From: Dehalococcoidia bacterium
GTDB lineage: Bacteria; Chloroflexota; Dehalococcoidia; SM23-28-2; RBG-16-64-32
Length of the DNA: 64,000 nucleotides
Direction of reading: 5' to 3'
Assembly (NCBI GenBank): GCA_963665775.2
Contig: CAXXTF010000002.1
Span: 192,001-256,000, forward strand
Part shown: positions 20,287 through 30,711 of the stretch, piece by piece
Position numbering within the stretch: the stretch's first letter is position 1
Layout: every line of letters starts with the position of its first letter
Program-made: the position numbers and the translations under genes
Notes under the pieces: generated by a model
Databases searched by the model: none
Seen by the model: the letters and a program-made list of their open reading frames with translations, nothing else
What the model was told of the DNA's origin: nothing

Positions 20287-20628
20287 CCCGGGAGAGGCAC
20301 AACGGAGAGGGTCCGGGGGCGAGACCACTTCCGCTATCTTCTCGCAGAGGACGCATTCCTATGCCCGGCTGCCCAGCGAATGCGCCGCTTCACCGCGGTC
20401 ACGACGCTCTCTGGCCTGACCTAGGCCGCGTAGCTGAATCCGTTACAGACACCAGTGCCTACCTTCATCCCTCCTATCCCATCCAGAAGGCCACTTCGGC
20501 AGCGGCTCCTGCCAACGGGGCACAAACTAGATTGGATTCAACTATTCCCGCCATCCGCATGGTGGTGGCCTTTGAGGCCGCCAAGCGCACGACGCAATCC
20601 CCCCGGGGCTGGCCAAGCACAATATTGG

Positions 20629-21579
20629 CTACTGCCTCAGTCGCGGGTCCAAGACGTCTCGCATGGCGTCGCCGAAGAGGTTAAAGCCCAGCACGGCCAG
20701 GCTAATGGCCACCCCCGGGAAGATTGCCAGCCACGGCGCAGTTTCGAAGTACTGGCGTCCAATCCCTGAGAACATACCTCCCCAGCTAGGGTTCGGGGGT
20801 GGCGTACCCAAGCCCAGAAAACCGAGGGAAGCTTCGATGAGAACGACGTATCCGAGCGAGACAGTTGCGATAACAATCACTACCGGGAACACGTTAGGCA
20901 CGATATGCTGCAAGACCAGCCTAACGGGACTGGCTCCGAGCACTCGGGCCGCCTCCACGTACTGTAGGTTTACAATCCCCAGAGCAGCCCCCCTCACTAT
21001 CCGGGCAGTGCTGGGAATCATCAAGAATGATAGGACTACCACGACGATGACCGGAATAGAATGCCAAACCAGCGGCATATCGATGAACCAAATATGAATA
21101 CCAGAGCTGAACACCGCAATTAGAGCCATGGCCAGTATTAGACCGGGAAAAGCCAGAAGGGCATCCACTATTCGCTGCACAAGGAGATCAAAGATGCCGC
21201 CTATGTAGGCCGAGATGACGCCCAGCAGCATACCGAGCAGGGATCCTGTAAAAATGGTGATCAAGCCGGTGTACAGGGATGGGCGAGCCCCGTGGATGAC
21301 GCGGCTCAGTTGGTCGCGGCCCAGATTGTCCGTGCCAAAGGGGTGGGTAAGACTCGGACCGGTCAGCTGGTTCGGCGGGTCGACTCCCAGTGGGTCGTGG
21401 GGTGCAATCCAGTCTGCACCCAAAGCCAGCACTACCATAAAGATGAGAACTGCGCCCCCGAAAGCTCCGAGCGGATTCGTTCGAGCGAACCTCCACACCG
21501 ATCGAATTACTAGTGAAGGCAAGGCCCTCCTCTCGAGTATTCTCTCGTCGAAAGCGCCTAATTTCGCCCCTGCTGCCAT
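20629..21579 (-). CDS. Peptide/nickel ABC permease (DppC-like)
   Basis: HPFGTDNLGRD, YVEAARVLGA, GDAMRDVLDPR. Confidence 0.95.
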   Translation of the reverse strand: MAAGAKLGAFDERILERRALPSLVIRSVWRFARTNPLGAFGGAVLIFMVVLALGADWIAPHDPLGVDPPNQLTGPSLTHPFGTDNLGRDQLSRVIHGARPSLYTGLITIFTGSLLGMLLGVISAYIGGIFDLLVQRIVDALLAFPGLILAMALIAVFSSGIHIWFIDMPLVWHSIPVIVVVVLSFLMIPSTARIVRGAALGIVNLQYVEAARVLGASPVRLVLQHIVPNVFPVVIVIATVSLGYVVLIEASLGFLGLGTPPPNPSWGGMFSGIGRQYFETAPWLAIFPGVAISLAVLGFNLFGDAMRDVLDPRLRQ

Positions 21580-21591
21580 ATGTCAGGCTCC

Positions 21592-22545
21592 TCAAGTAGC
21601 GAACTTGATTCGAGGGTCGAGCCAGCTGTAGATCAGATCCACCGCCAGGTTTACGAAAACGAAGACCGCCCCGAAGAAAAGCGTAACTCCTTGGATCAGG
21701 GTGTAATCTCGTTTGAGGACCGCGTCATAAGCTAGGTACCCGACACCCTGGAAATTGAAAATGATCTCGATGATGAGCGAGCCAGTCAAAAGGTTAGCAA
21801 GTTGAATGCCCTGAAGGCTAACCACTGGCAGCATACTATTCTTCACAACGTGACGAGAGGTGATCGTATATCCTCCAAGCCCCTTGGCCTGGGCCGTACG
21901 GATGTAGTCTTGGCGCAAAACCTCCAACACGGACGATCGCACCATTCTCACGCTGGTAGCAAATGTGCTGATGGCGATGATGGCAGCAGGTAGCAGAAAT
22001 TGTCGCAGGTTTGTCATTGGATCGTCAAAGAAAGGCACGTAAGTTAGGGGAGGCAGGTATCCCAAGTATTTCGCTCCTAGGACGATCACGAGGGTAGCTA
22101 TCCAAAACGTGGGGACTGACAGGCCGCTAATGGCTATAAACCTCAAGATGTAGTCGACGATGCTGTTTTGCCGGGTCGCGGAGATGATTCCAACAATCAG
22201 AGCCAAGGACTGGCTCATAACGAAGGCCATGATGCCTAGTTCTAATGTAATGGGTAGGTGCTTGATAATTAGCCCGGTCACATCTTTGTCTGACCATAGG
22301 GAGCGGCCGAGGTCGCCACGAAAAACGTCAGCCAACCACTCAGGATACTGAACATATACTGGCACGTTGAGCCCCAGCTTCTCGCGCAGAGCTTCCACAT
22401 CCTCAGACCGAAAGTAGGGAGACTCGTAAAGCTGTATCAGGATCACGTCCCCCGGCATAAGCCGCACCATGGCGAACACCATACTGCTTAAGATGAGCAA
22501 GGTGGGGACGATGAGGAGCAGTCTCCGTAGCAGGTATTGCTGCAT
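21592..22545 (-). CDS. Peptide/nickel ABC permease (DppB-like)
   Basis: YLLRRLL, QDYIRTAQAKGL, LDPRI. Confidence 0.95.
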   Translation of the reverse strand: MQQYLLRRLLLIVPTLLILSSMVFAMVRLMPGDVILIQLYESPYFRSEDVEALREKLGLNVPVYVQYPEWLADVFRGDLGRSLWSDKDVTGLIIKHLPITLELGIMAFVMSQSLALIVGIISATRQNSIVDYILRFIAISGLSVPTFWIATLVIVLGAKYLGYLPPLTYVPFFDDPMTNLRQFLLPAAIIAISTFATSVRMVRSSVLEVLRQDYIRTAQAKGLGGYTITSRHVVKNSMLPVVSLQGIQLANLLTGSLIIEIIFNFQGVGYLAYDAVLKRDYTLIQGVTLFFGAVFVFVNLAVDLIYSWLDPRIKFAT

Positions 22546-22681
22546 TATCGATTATCTCGGGCGTCCCGCTGCGGCTCCTGGTGCACCGCATGCTGGACAG
22601 GCTACTCTACTGAAGTGGAAATAGACCCTTATCAGTTACTTTACGCTAATTCTACTCCTAGAGATCCAATGCGAAGGACCA

Positions 22682-23092
22682 TCACAGGGCCATAGGCCTG
22701 AAGAAGGGAAGAACGATCTCTTCCGAGGCTGGACGAAAGTCAACCTCTACCGGCATGCCTATGTGCACCTCTGAAGGGTCGCAGTCAACGATGTTGGTAA
22801 GGATCTGGTATCCGTCCTGCAGATCAACGATGGCCACAACGTATGGCGCCTCAAAGGCAGGAGTCTGGGGTCGCCAGACCACGGTGTAGCTGTACACGTT
22901 TCCCCGACCAGATCCTCTCACCCACTCCAGACTTCCAGAAAAACAGTGAGAACAGACTAGCTGGGGGATAAAGGTCAAGCCCCCACAATCGCGGCATTTC
23001 TGCACACGGAGTTCTCCCGTCCTGCAACCATCCCAAAAGGGCCGCGAGATCGTAGTCGGAGTCGGAAGGGGTTTTGACGGCCCCGTAATCAC
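22682..23092 (-). CDS. DUF35/ChsH2-type zinc-ribbon-OB-fold protein
   Basis: PFWDG, CRDC..CSHC, SGRGNVYSYT, IGMPVEVDF. Confidence 0.9.
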   Translation of the reverse strand: MITGPSKPLPTPTTISRPFWDGCRTGELRVQKCRDCGGLTFIPQLVCSHCFSGSLEWVRGSGRGNVYSYTVVWRPQTPAFEAPYVVAIVDLQDGYQILTNIVDCDPSEVHIGMPVEVDFRPASEEIVLPFFRPMAL

Positions 23093-23227
23093 GCCTCCTC
23101 AATTTTTAGGTAGCAGGCATCGGCCAATCCGAAAGGGACTGGGCCCATCGATCAGGTCAGTGGCTCGGTTGTCACCTCGCCCTCGACCGGCAATCCTGTG
23201 GTCCCGTCGTCGCCATTCCCGTGCCCG

Positions 23228-24919
23228 CTACAGGTCAAGCCACATGTCGTCGTGCTGCTCGTATGCCCAGATGAGAGTGGGGAAGGTATGGTCCTTAAGG
23301 AAATTCCACTTGGCGGCAAGCCGCGTGTTGAAGCAAATCGGGATGACGGCAGCCTGATCAAGGATGCGACGCTGAATGTCGAGGAGGATCGACCGGCGAG
23401 CTGGTTCATCTGTCACGAAAGTGGACTGCTTATCGATCATTTCGTCCAACACGGGGTCTGAGAAGGCATGGCCTGCCGCCTGGCTCCCGCCGGTACGGTA
23501 ATGCGCTAGTAACTCGCTGGTGGTCGTCGCCAAGCCCAAATCACCAATATCTATGCCCATAAAGTCGCCGGTGGCGAAGTGAGCAATAAATGTCTGAACA
23601 TCAAGTGGCGTCAGCGACTCCACGATAATGCCGACATCCTTGAGCCGGGCCTGTATTAGTTCGCCCTCTGCAATCACATTGGCGGCATTGCGGACGAATC
23701 CCGGAATTCTAAGTTCGTCGATTCCGGCCGCGTCGAGGAGCTGTCGTGCCCCCTGCGGATCGAATCCCAGCAGGTCATCAACCTCTGCATCCGGCAGAAG
23801 CCAGTCCGGACCTGGCACAGACACCGGGGGCGCAATGAAGCCTGCTCCGAAGTACACCGTATCGATTATCTCCTGGCGGTTGATCGCCTTGGATATGGCC
23901 TGCCGCACACGGAGGTCATCAAGCGGCGGGAACGTAGTCTTGACATCTATTCGCTGGAGCAGCCAGGCAAAGCCTTCGACCAGCTCGATATCTGGTAGCT
24001 CTTGCACCAATGCTTCAAAGTCTCTGATGTCCGTATTAGTGATGTGCGACTTCTGCTGGCGGAAAGCGGCCTTTAGAATTGATCTGTCCGAGAAGCGCGG
24101 AAACACCAGTTCGTCTGGGTACGGCAGACCCGGAAGGAAATACTCCGGGTTCTTGCGGAGCCTAGCTATCTGGTTGGGAGTCCATTCTTCACTTATCCAA
24201 GCTCCCGTTCCGATAGTAGGGCCTTCCTTAAGGTCGCCCGTGACGTCTACCGCCTCGTGGGCCACGATCTTGTTATGCGCATCGGTAAGGTCGGCCAGCA
24301 AGTCTGCGTTGACCGGATCGGACACGAGGCGCAAGGTGAGATCATCGGTCGCGGAAATCGTCTTCAGAGTCCCCAGGTTGCTTCTCGTCTTGAGGGATTC
24401 CATCTGAGTCTCGAAGCTGAAGACCACGTCTTCGGCCACTAACCCGCGCCCATTCACTGGGGAAATGTTGTGCCATTTGACGTTGGGGCGCAGCTTAACT
24501 ATATAAGTGTCATCTTCCGGGATCTCCCAGCTCTCCGCGACGTCCCCAAGAACTTCCGTGGTCAGTCTAGGGACTTCGGGGCCCGTATTGATTTTGAACA
24601 GCCGGCTGTAGGCGACGCCTGGACCCGCACTAGTGAACGCCAGGGCGAACTCATCCCACGGGTCCTGGGTTGCGGCTTCTGTGCCCGATCGTCCCAGGAG
24701 TATCGTTCCGCCGCTCTTGGGCCCCGCCGGGGTCGGAGTCGCCGTGGCGGCAGGGGTAGTGGCGCTGGGGGTGGTAGGGGACGGCGACTCATCATCGTCC
24801 CCGCAACCCACAACGGCCGCCGCGCCCAGGCCCATGGCGCCCATGGCGGTCCCTTGTAGCAGGCGACGCCGGTTTATTTTGCGGTTCCAGTACCTTTGCC
24901 AGTATCCACCGTCTTTCAT
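23228..24919 (-). CDS. ABC family-5 substrate-binding lipoprotein, Tat-type signal
   Basis: RRRLLQG + lipobox VVGC, AESWE, IGTG, DLRVRQAISKAINR; start re-called to ATG 24919. Confidence 0.92.
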   Translation of the reverse strand: MKDGGYWQRYWNRKINRRRLLQGTAMGAMGLGAAAVVGCGDDDESPSPTTPSATTPAATATPTPAGPKSGGTILLGRSGTEAATQDPWDEFALAFTSAGPGVAYSRLFKINTGPEVPRLTTEVLGDVAESWEIPEDDTYIVKLRPNVKWHNISPVNGRGLVAEDVVFSFETQMESLKTRSNLGTLKTISATDDLTLRLVSDPVNADLLADLTDAHNKIVAHEAVDVTGDLKEGPTIGTGAWISEEWTPNQIARLRKNPEYFLPGLPYPDELVFPRFSDRSILKAAFRQQKSHITNTDIRDFEALVQELPDIELVEGFAWLLQRIDVKTTFPPLDDLRVRQAISKAINRQEIIDTVYFGAGFIAPPVSVPGPDWLLPDAEVDDLLGFDPQGARQLLDAAGIDELRIPGFVRNAANVIAEGELIQARLKDVGIIVESLTPLDVQTFIAHFATGDFMGIDIGDLGLATTTSELLAHYRTGGSQAAGHAFSDPVLDEMIDKQSTFVTDEPARRSILLDIQRRILDQAAVIPICFNTRLAAKWNFLKDHTFPTLIWAYEQHDDMWLDL

Positions 24920-24959
24920 GGCGTCATTCTCCCTCCCTTGCAACATCGCTAACAAGCAG

Positions 24960-24988
24960 ATGCTAGTGCTGGCCCTAAGCTATGTCAA
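24960..24988 (-). promoter_or_regulatory. Sigma70-like promoter for the binding-protein gene
   Basis: - strand TTGACA-17bp-TAGCAT. Confidence 0.55.
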
Positions 24989-24992
24989 GTCT

Positions 24993-25014
24993 CGCACGCT
25001 AGGTCCTGTGATGT
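24993..25014 (-). repeat. Degenerate putative recombination site (spacer CAGGAC on - strand)
   Basis: CGCACGCTAG GTCCTG TGA matches 51104..51122 at 17/19; overlaps inverted repeat AGGTCCTG-N8-CAGGACCT (25001..25024). Confidence 0.5.
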
Positions 25015-25089
25015 ATCAGGACCTGTGAGACAAGAGAGGGGGTGAGGTCTTAGCGAGTCTGGCTAGGGACTCCCGACAGCATACCCTTC

Positions 25090-26043
25090 TTAATCGGACG
25101 TGCTGAGCTCGGCGAGGAGTTGCAGAGCGCGGTTCGTAGACATCCTTCTATCGGTTTCGGTGCCCACTACGGTGCAGATAAGTTCATCCACACCGGTGGC
25201 GGCAATCTTCTGGACCTGCTGCGCCACCGTATCTTCGTTGCCGGAAATCACGATCGATTGCAGCATCGCTTGACTCATCAGGCTTTGGGTTGCCTCGGGG
25301 AAACCGGCGTCTAGGAACATTTGCCGGTAGAATGGGAGCCGCGGGTAGATGGCAAACTGCTTCATCGCTGCCTCATGAACCTCCTCGGCCTGCTCGTGCA
25401 CGCAAACGCCGACATGCATGACCATCTTCGGCCTCGGCCTGCCGGCCCTAGCGGCTCCAGCAGACAAGGCTGGAAGGGCAACTTGTTCCATATAGGGGAG
25501 CGGGCACACCCAGCTTATGGCTCCGTCGGCCAGCTCTCCAGCCAGCTCGAAGGATCTCCGCCTCAGGGCCGAGGCCATTACCAGGATATCGTGGGACTGA
25601 CCCCAGTCTCCCCGCACCCTGAAGAACTCCCCCTCAAATTCTACCTGGCCTCCCTGCTGAAGGGCTGCCTTGAGGATCTGTAGGTATTCGCGAAGGTGTC
25701 CCAGCGGCCTCCGATAAGGGATTCCCCACGTGTTCTCGACAGAGGCTTTGTGGCTTGGCCCCACGCCGAGGCGGAAACGGCCCGGCGCCAACTCCGCCAC
25801 GACCCTGGCCTCCTGGGCAAGAGCGAAGGGGTGCCGCGGGTAAGTAGGGACGATGGACGTGCCCAGCCTTATACGCTGGGTGCGCGTCGCTGCGATGGTG
25901 AGGACGGTCACTGAGTCGGGCAGGACGCCTCCGACGGTCATCCAGGCGGCATCGATTCCTAGCTCTTCCGCCCGAACCACAGCATCGATCGCTGCTGGCA
26001 CGGTCGGCTCTGCGATCTGTACGCCGATGAGTAAGCCCTTCAC
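25090..26043 (-). CDS. LLM-class flavin/F420-dependent oxidoreductase
   Basis: AEELGIDAAW, RIRLGTSIVPTYPRHP, GRFRLGVGPSH, LAGELADG. Confidence 0.92.
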   Translation of the reverse strand: MKGLLIGVQIAEPTVPAAIDAVVRAEELGIDAAWMTVGGVLPDSVTVLTIAATRTQRIRLGTSIVPTYPRHPFALAQEARVVAELAPGRFRLGVGPSHKASVENTWGIPYRRPLGHLREYLQILKAALQQGGQVEFEGEFFRVRGDWGQSHDILVMASALRRRSFELAGELADGAISWVCPLPYMEQVALPALSAGAARAGRPRPKMVMHVGVCVHEQAEEVHEAAMKQFAIYPRLPFYRQMFLDAGFPEATQSLMSQAMLQSIVISGNEDTVAQQVQKIAATGVDELICTVVGTETDRRMSTNRALQLLAELSTSD

Positions 26044-26266
26044 GGCGACATTGTACTGGCGGCTGACTCGATGGGACAAGTGTGCAGGCCAAAGAAAGCG
26101 AAATAGTGAGAGGGAAAGGCTGGGTTACCCCCTGGATTTCCAGACTCCTAGCGGGCCACCTACTCGGGCCGGCCCGCCGCGGTTGGGCCGGATCGTGGCT
26201 CGCCCCGCGCTGGGTGGTCTTCATCACGAGTACGAGTGGCTGGCCGCATGACGATTTCAGATACGG

Positions 26267-26662
26267 ATGAGATTTTGGCCAATCGGGATTCCTATTGGCC
26301 CTGACACGTCACTCGTCATCGCCGAAATCATTCTTTCAGCCGTCGATAACGATGCATGTGGCGCAGGCTTGGGTTTCCGTTGGTACGACGATTACGAGCT
26401 TCCGGGGGTCACGAGGGGCGAATGTGAACAGGCCTTAGTGCGGCTCGAAACGGCGCTTCTTGAATTCGAACTGGGGCTGAACGTCTCAAAGACCGAGATT
26501 CTCGAGCTGCCGATGGCTCTTGAGGACGAATGGGTAGACGTCTTGAGAGACTTTGAGTTTAAGCGTACGGCTCCGGAGCAACTCGAGGACCTGACCACGT
26601 TCTTCTCGCGGGCGTTCGAGTTCACGGGGAGATTATCGGCCACGCACCCCAGGAACTGGTAG
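26267..26662 (+). pseudogene. Reverse transcriptase fragment (Abi/unknown-group, defence-type RT)
   Basis: GIPIGPDTSLVIAEIIL, RWYDDY catalytic loop, LGLNVSKTEI; N-terminal RT motifs and C-terminal domain missing. Confidence 0.8.
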
Positions 26663-26802
26663 ACGTGGGCAGCGGTGAAGGAGGAAGGATCATCGGGTAG
26701 TCTCTTAGGCGTGGACGGGTTGTGAGCAAGTACCAAAAACTGGACTCCGGGGACTGCGTCTTCGCTTGATCCTACCAGCATCGATGTACCTGGCGCCATA
26801 TC

Positions 26803-26820
26803 CACGATCGACACATAGTG
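26803..26820 (+). repeat. Palindromic putative recombination site (spacer CGACAC)
   Basis: CACGAT CGACAC ATAGTG; 15 bp identical to 58106..58120. Confidence 0.75.
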
Positions 26821-27030
26821 TGGTCACCGTGCTGGCCCCTAATAGGCCGCATTGTACCGTCGATCCTCAAGCCCCGTATTTAGCCAGAGTACGTCCAGGC
26901 CGTATACGGCTGGGCCACTATTACTGGCCGTTTTCATGCCCCGTGACTTGACCTCGGACGTTGCGCCCTCTGTTTGCCGGAGCGGGACAAATAGCTTTCA
27001 GCTATTTCGTGTATAATCACTGCATATAGT

Positions 27031-27051
27031 AATTATGTGGTCGATAGTCAC
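27031..27051 (-). repeat. Possible 7-bp-spacer variant of the site
   Basis: - strand GTGACTAT CGACCAC ATAATT. Confidence 0.35.
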
Positions 27052-27127
27052 AGGCGCGGCGCCATCGGTCAGTAGGGCAGCCGAGGTCTCCTGACTATAA
27101 TCGGCCCTAGGCAGGACAGCGTGCAAG

Positions 27128-29692
27128 ATGATCGTGGACAGCAACACAGCTAAGATCACGCTAACAGAAAAAAAGAGCGACGGTAAGGTCGTTCCGTCCT
27201 TCTGCCACCTATGCGTCTATGGTCAGTGCTCCACACTGGTGCACGTAGTGGACGGCGTGGCGGTGAAGGTGGAGGGGAACCCAGAGGCACCTCATAACCA
27301 GGGGAGGCTCTGCGCCAGGGGCAACGCCAACCTGATGGAGCTGTACGACCCCTACCGGGTCAAGGTGCCCTTGAAGCGGACCAATCCGGAGAAGGGCCTG
27401 GATGTGGACCCCAAGTTCGTAGAGATCTCCTGGGAAGAGGCGCTGGAGATAGTGGCCGAGAAGCTCAGGGCCGTAAAGGAGGAGGACTCCCGGCAGTTCC
27501 ACTCCAGTGGGGGAATGGCCGACCAGGGGCTGGCTCGAGGCGAATTTCAAGCGTTTTTCGGTGGCGCCCCGATGCACATGTTCGGCGGGGTCGCTGCCTG
27601 TGGCAGCTCAGAGCATGCCGTATCGGCCTGGGCCCATAACGCGCACGTATCTGGATATGACCCCGACTACGTGGAGCTGCTTGCGCTCCAGGGCACCAAT
27701 GCCGGCTTCGGGACCTGGATTGGAGCCGCCGCTGGGGGTGGCGTGAGTCGGATAGCCGACGCCCGGGCCGAGCGTGGTGCCAGGATCGTTAGTATCGATC
27801 CCCGCTGCGGCGAGGGGAGCAACAAGGCGAACGAGTGGATCCCCATCCTACCAGGCACGGACCTGGCCTTTAACCTGGCCGTACTACACGTCATCCTTCA
27901 CGAGCTGAACCGGTTCGACGTGGAGTTCATCAAGCTTCACACCAATGGGCCATACCTCATCCAGTCCAACGGCTACTACCTGAAGGATGCGAACGACAAG
28001 CCGCTGGTATGGGACGCCGCCGCTCAGGTCGCTAGACCCTTCGATGATCCGGAGATCAAGGACTTTGTCCTGGAGGGGACCTACGAGGTAGACGGGGAGG
28101 CCTGCAATCCCGCCTTCCACCTGCTGAAGGAACGGATGCTCCCTTATACCCCGGAGTGGGCCGAGCAGATCAGCACCGTGCCCGCTGCCCAGATCAGACG
28201 CTTTGCCGCCGATTTCGTGAAAGCGGCGAGGATCGGTACCAGCATCAAGATAGACGGTGTCGAGTTTCCGTTCCGGCCGGCCGCTATGATCGGCTATCAC
28301 GGCTCCCAGCGCCACTACAACGGCCCCTTTACCACCATGTCACTGCGCCTAATAAACGCCATGGTTGGCAATTTCGATGTGCCGGGTGGCAACAAGGGAT
28401 GGGCTCGCGAACCGCTGATTAATTACGACACCCCCGCTCCCTCGGACGGGATGCTGGAGTTTATCCCGCGATCCGCAATCAAGTTTCCTCCGGACCCTGA
28501 CCTCAAGCAGTTCTACCCGCTGGCCGTAGACACACACATTGTCTGGTTGAACTATATTCAGACAGATCCCGAGATGCAGGAGCGGTTCAAGGTCCCGTAC
28601 ACCCTAAAGGTGCTCTGTCTGGGGGGTACTAACCCCTTCGCCAATCAGGGCGATCCCCACCAGACTGAGGGGGTCATGAGGGCCATCGACTTCATCTTCA
28701 CGATATCCATTCATATCGACGACCCAGCACTCTTCGCCGATGTGGTACTTCCGGAGGACTGCGCAGCGGAGCGGCTGGAGGCCCGGCAGTACTCCGCCAT
28801 GTTCCAGATTGGGGTGGAGATGATGCTGCTGCGGCAACCTGTTGTGCCGCGTCTATACGATACCAAGCACCCCGACGAGATGGCGATGGAACTTGCCGAT
28901 AAGCTGGGCATGCTCTATGGGGAGGATGGCTACATCGACTACATGAACAGTGTCCTCCCCCGACGTGGAAACCCGGCCCGGCTGGACATCAACAGAAAGC
29001 CAATGCTGGAAGAGCTGGTCGACGTCCGCCTGAGGTCATGGTCTGGCGAGGACAAGGGGCTGGGATGGTTCAGCGAGCATGGACTCCTGGCTAACAAACT
29101 GCCTGTCGAAAAAGACTACCATTGGGCCCCCCTATCTGGGCGGCGCTTTCCTATCTACTTCGAGCCGGTCAAGGAGTTGGGTGACGTTCTGAAGAGCCGG
29201 GTCAAAGAAGAATACGGGTGGGACTGGGACACCTCGTGGTACGATGCGCTACCTCGCTGGGAGCCCTGCCCTGAGCATCGCGATGAGCTGTGGCCGCCGG
29301 GCTTCGATCTGTACCTGATCAACTACAAAACGCCCTACAACACCAATAGCCAGACCGCAGGCAACCCCTGGCTAGCCGAGGTGTACGAGGCTGATCCATA
29401 CTTCCTGCGGGCCTGGATGAACGAGGAGACAGGGAAGAGGATGGGGCTGCGTGATGGCGAAAAGGTATGGATTGAGTCTACGGTCAACAAGGTGGAGGCA
29501 CGAGTAAAGCTCAGCGAAACGGTCCATCCTCGGGTGGTTGCGATCGGTGGGGCTCAAGGCAGCCATGCGACCAACCCGTTCGCCAAGAAGGGGATCAGCT
29601 ACGCTAGCTTACTACCGCAACAACCGGAGAATATCAATCCCATGCTCTGTAACCTTGAGTGGTGCACCCGCATAAAGGTCACGAAGGCGTAA
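27128..29692 (+). CDS. Bis-PGD molybdopterin oxidoreductase catalytic subunit (PadB/PsrA-like)
   Basis: CHLC...C...GRLCARG FeS motif, KRTNPEKG..DPKFVEISWEEA, WIPILPGTD, ADVVLPE; no Tat signal. Confidence 0.9.
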   Translation: MIVDSNTAKITLTEKKSDGKVVPSFCHLCVYGQCSTLVHVVDGVAVKVEGNPEAPHNQGRLCARGNANLMELYDPYRVKVPLKRTNPEKGLDVDPKFVEISWEEALEIVAEKLRAVKEEDSRQFHSSGGMADQGLARGEFQAFFGGAPMHMFGGVAACGSSEHAVSAWAHNAHVSGYDPDYVELLALQGTNAGFGTWIGAAAGGGVSRIADARAERGARIVSIDPRCGEGSNKANEWIPILPGTDLAFNLAVLHVILHELNRFDVEFIKLHTNGPYLIQSNGYYLKDANDKPLVWDAAAQVARPFDDPEIKDFVLEGTYEVDGEACNPAFHLLKERMLPYTPEWAEQISTVPAAQIRRFAADFVKAARIGTSIKIDGVEFPFRPAAMIGYHGSQRHYNGPFTTMSLRLINAMVGNFDVPGGNKGWAREPLINYDTPAPSDGMLEFIPRSAIKFPPDPDLKQFYPLAVDTHIVWLNYIQTDPEMQERFKVPYTLKVLCLGGTNPFANQGDPHQTEGVMRAIDFIFTISIHIDDPALFADVVLPEDCAAERLEARQYSAMFQIGVEMMLLRQPVVPRLYDTKHPDEMAMELADKLGMLYGEDGYIDYMNSVLPRRGNPARLDINRKPMLEELVDVRLRSWSGEDKGLGWFSEHGLLANKLPVEKDYHWAPLSGRRFPIYFEPVKELGDVLKSRVKEEYGWDWDTSWYDALPRWEPCPEHRDELWPPGFDLYLINYKTPYNTNSQTAGNPWLAEVYEADPYFLRAWMNEETGKRMGLRDGEKVWIESTVNKVEARVKLSETVHPRVVAIGGAQGSHATNPFAKKGISYASLLPQQPENINPMLCNLEWCTRIKVTKA

Positions 29693-29919
29693 GTAATCGA
29701 AACCCCTGGCTAAATACTGGCCAGCGTACGATAACTTCCCGTTGCCGACCTCTGGGAGAAGCCGGGGGATGTCGGGATTGACTGCCTCTCGGCGGTTGAG
29801 GAACTCCTTGCCAGGGCCCTCGGCCGAGGCGATCGCCCATGTGAGGCCACCGAAGTTTCACCGCAGGTTTACCGCAATTTCAAATCGAGCCCTTTAGCAA
29901 TTGGTCCCCTCAGCGAGGC

Positions 29920-30672
29920 CTACTTCAGTTGTGTGGCGGAGTTCCACCGTGTCTCAAGTTCCGCCAGTGTTCTGGCCTTGATATCTTGAACCTCCGCCAC
30001 CACTGATGCTTTCTTCCCCAGATCCTTGAATGACGCGCCACTGAAGAACAACCTATTATCAACTACGAGAAATCTGTCGTGGAAATCGTTGAGACCTGCA
30101 CGGCAATCGAGGTTCGCCCCTATCTGCTGAACGAATTTGGAGGCCTCGATTACGAAGTCAGCGGGGGCATTCTGCTGCCGCGTGAGAATCCTGATCTCGA
30201 CGCTAGCAGCGACATTGGAAAGCAAGGAGAAGAGAGACCGATCCACGTATGGATCTACCGCGAACACCAGACGTGACGCCGGCTCCACAATGTCGCGCAG
30301 AAACACATACGCCGAGTGCGGAGTTCCGGGCTCGATGAGATGCTCGTCAGGTGTAACCGGCAGCATCGCCTGGCCCTCCTTCAGGCGATTTTCGACGAGA
30401 GCGAATGCTTCTAGAAGGCGCTCGGCTTTGCCACTGATTTCCAGATGACGGTTTCCAATAGCCCCCAAGATAACGGTCATCGGGTGCAGGATTCTGTCGA
30501 TCTGCCGGTAGTCTTTAGAATTATCCTCAAAGGTGGTGCTAACCCACTCGTCGATATCGTTCTTAAGTATGTACCACTGCGATTCCAGTTCCCAACCGGG
30601 TCCCGTTTGCAGCAGCTTATCCAGCCAGCCCCGAAACGTCCCAACCGCTTGTAGCGCGGCCTCTTGGCTCAT
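29920..30672 (-). CDS. Hypothetical protein with C-terminal PLD-like nuclease domain
   Basis: VDPY, FHDRFLVVD, SGASFKDLG. Confidence 0.65.
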   Translation of the reverse strand: MSQEAALQAVGTFRGWLDKLLQTGPGWELESQWYILKNDIDEWVSTTFEDNSKDYRQIDRILHPMTVILGAIGNRHLEISGKAERLLEAFALVENRLKEGQAMLPVTPDEHLIEPGTPHSAYVFLRDIVEPASRLVFAVDPYVDRSLFSLLSNVAASVEIRILTRQQNAPADFVIEASKFVQQIGANLDCRAGLNDFHDRFLVVDNRLFFSGASFKDLGKKASVVAEVQDIKARTLAELETRWNSATQLK

Positions 30673-30711
30673 GGTCCGTTTCCCCCTCCGCTTTCACGCG
30701 TGTCGGCCCGG

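Noticed and set aside
24975-24994. Chromosomal dif site or another copy of the GTCAAG-spacer site
   Set aside because: Only the TATGTCAAGT half resembles either, and it is explained by a - strand TTGACA promoter box.
26267-26662. Functional retron, DGR or group II intron RT
   Set aside because: Only 131 aa, no template/variable repeat pair, msr-msd or intron structure nearby, and the motifs fit Abi/unknown-group RTs better.
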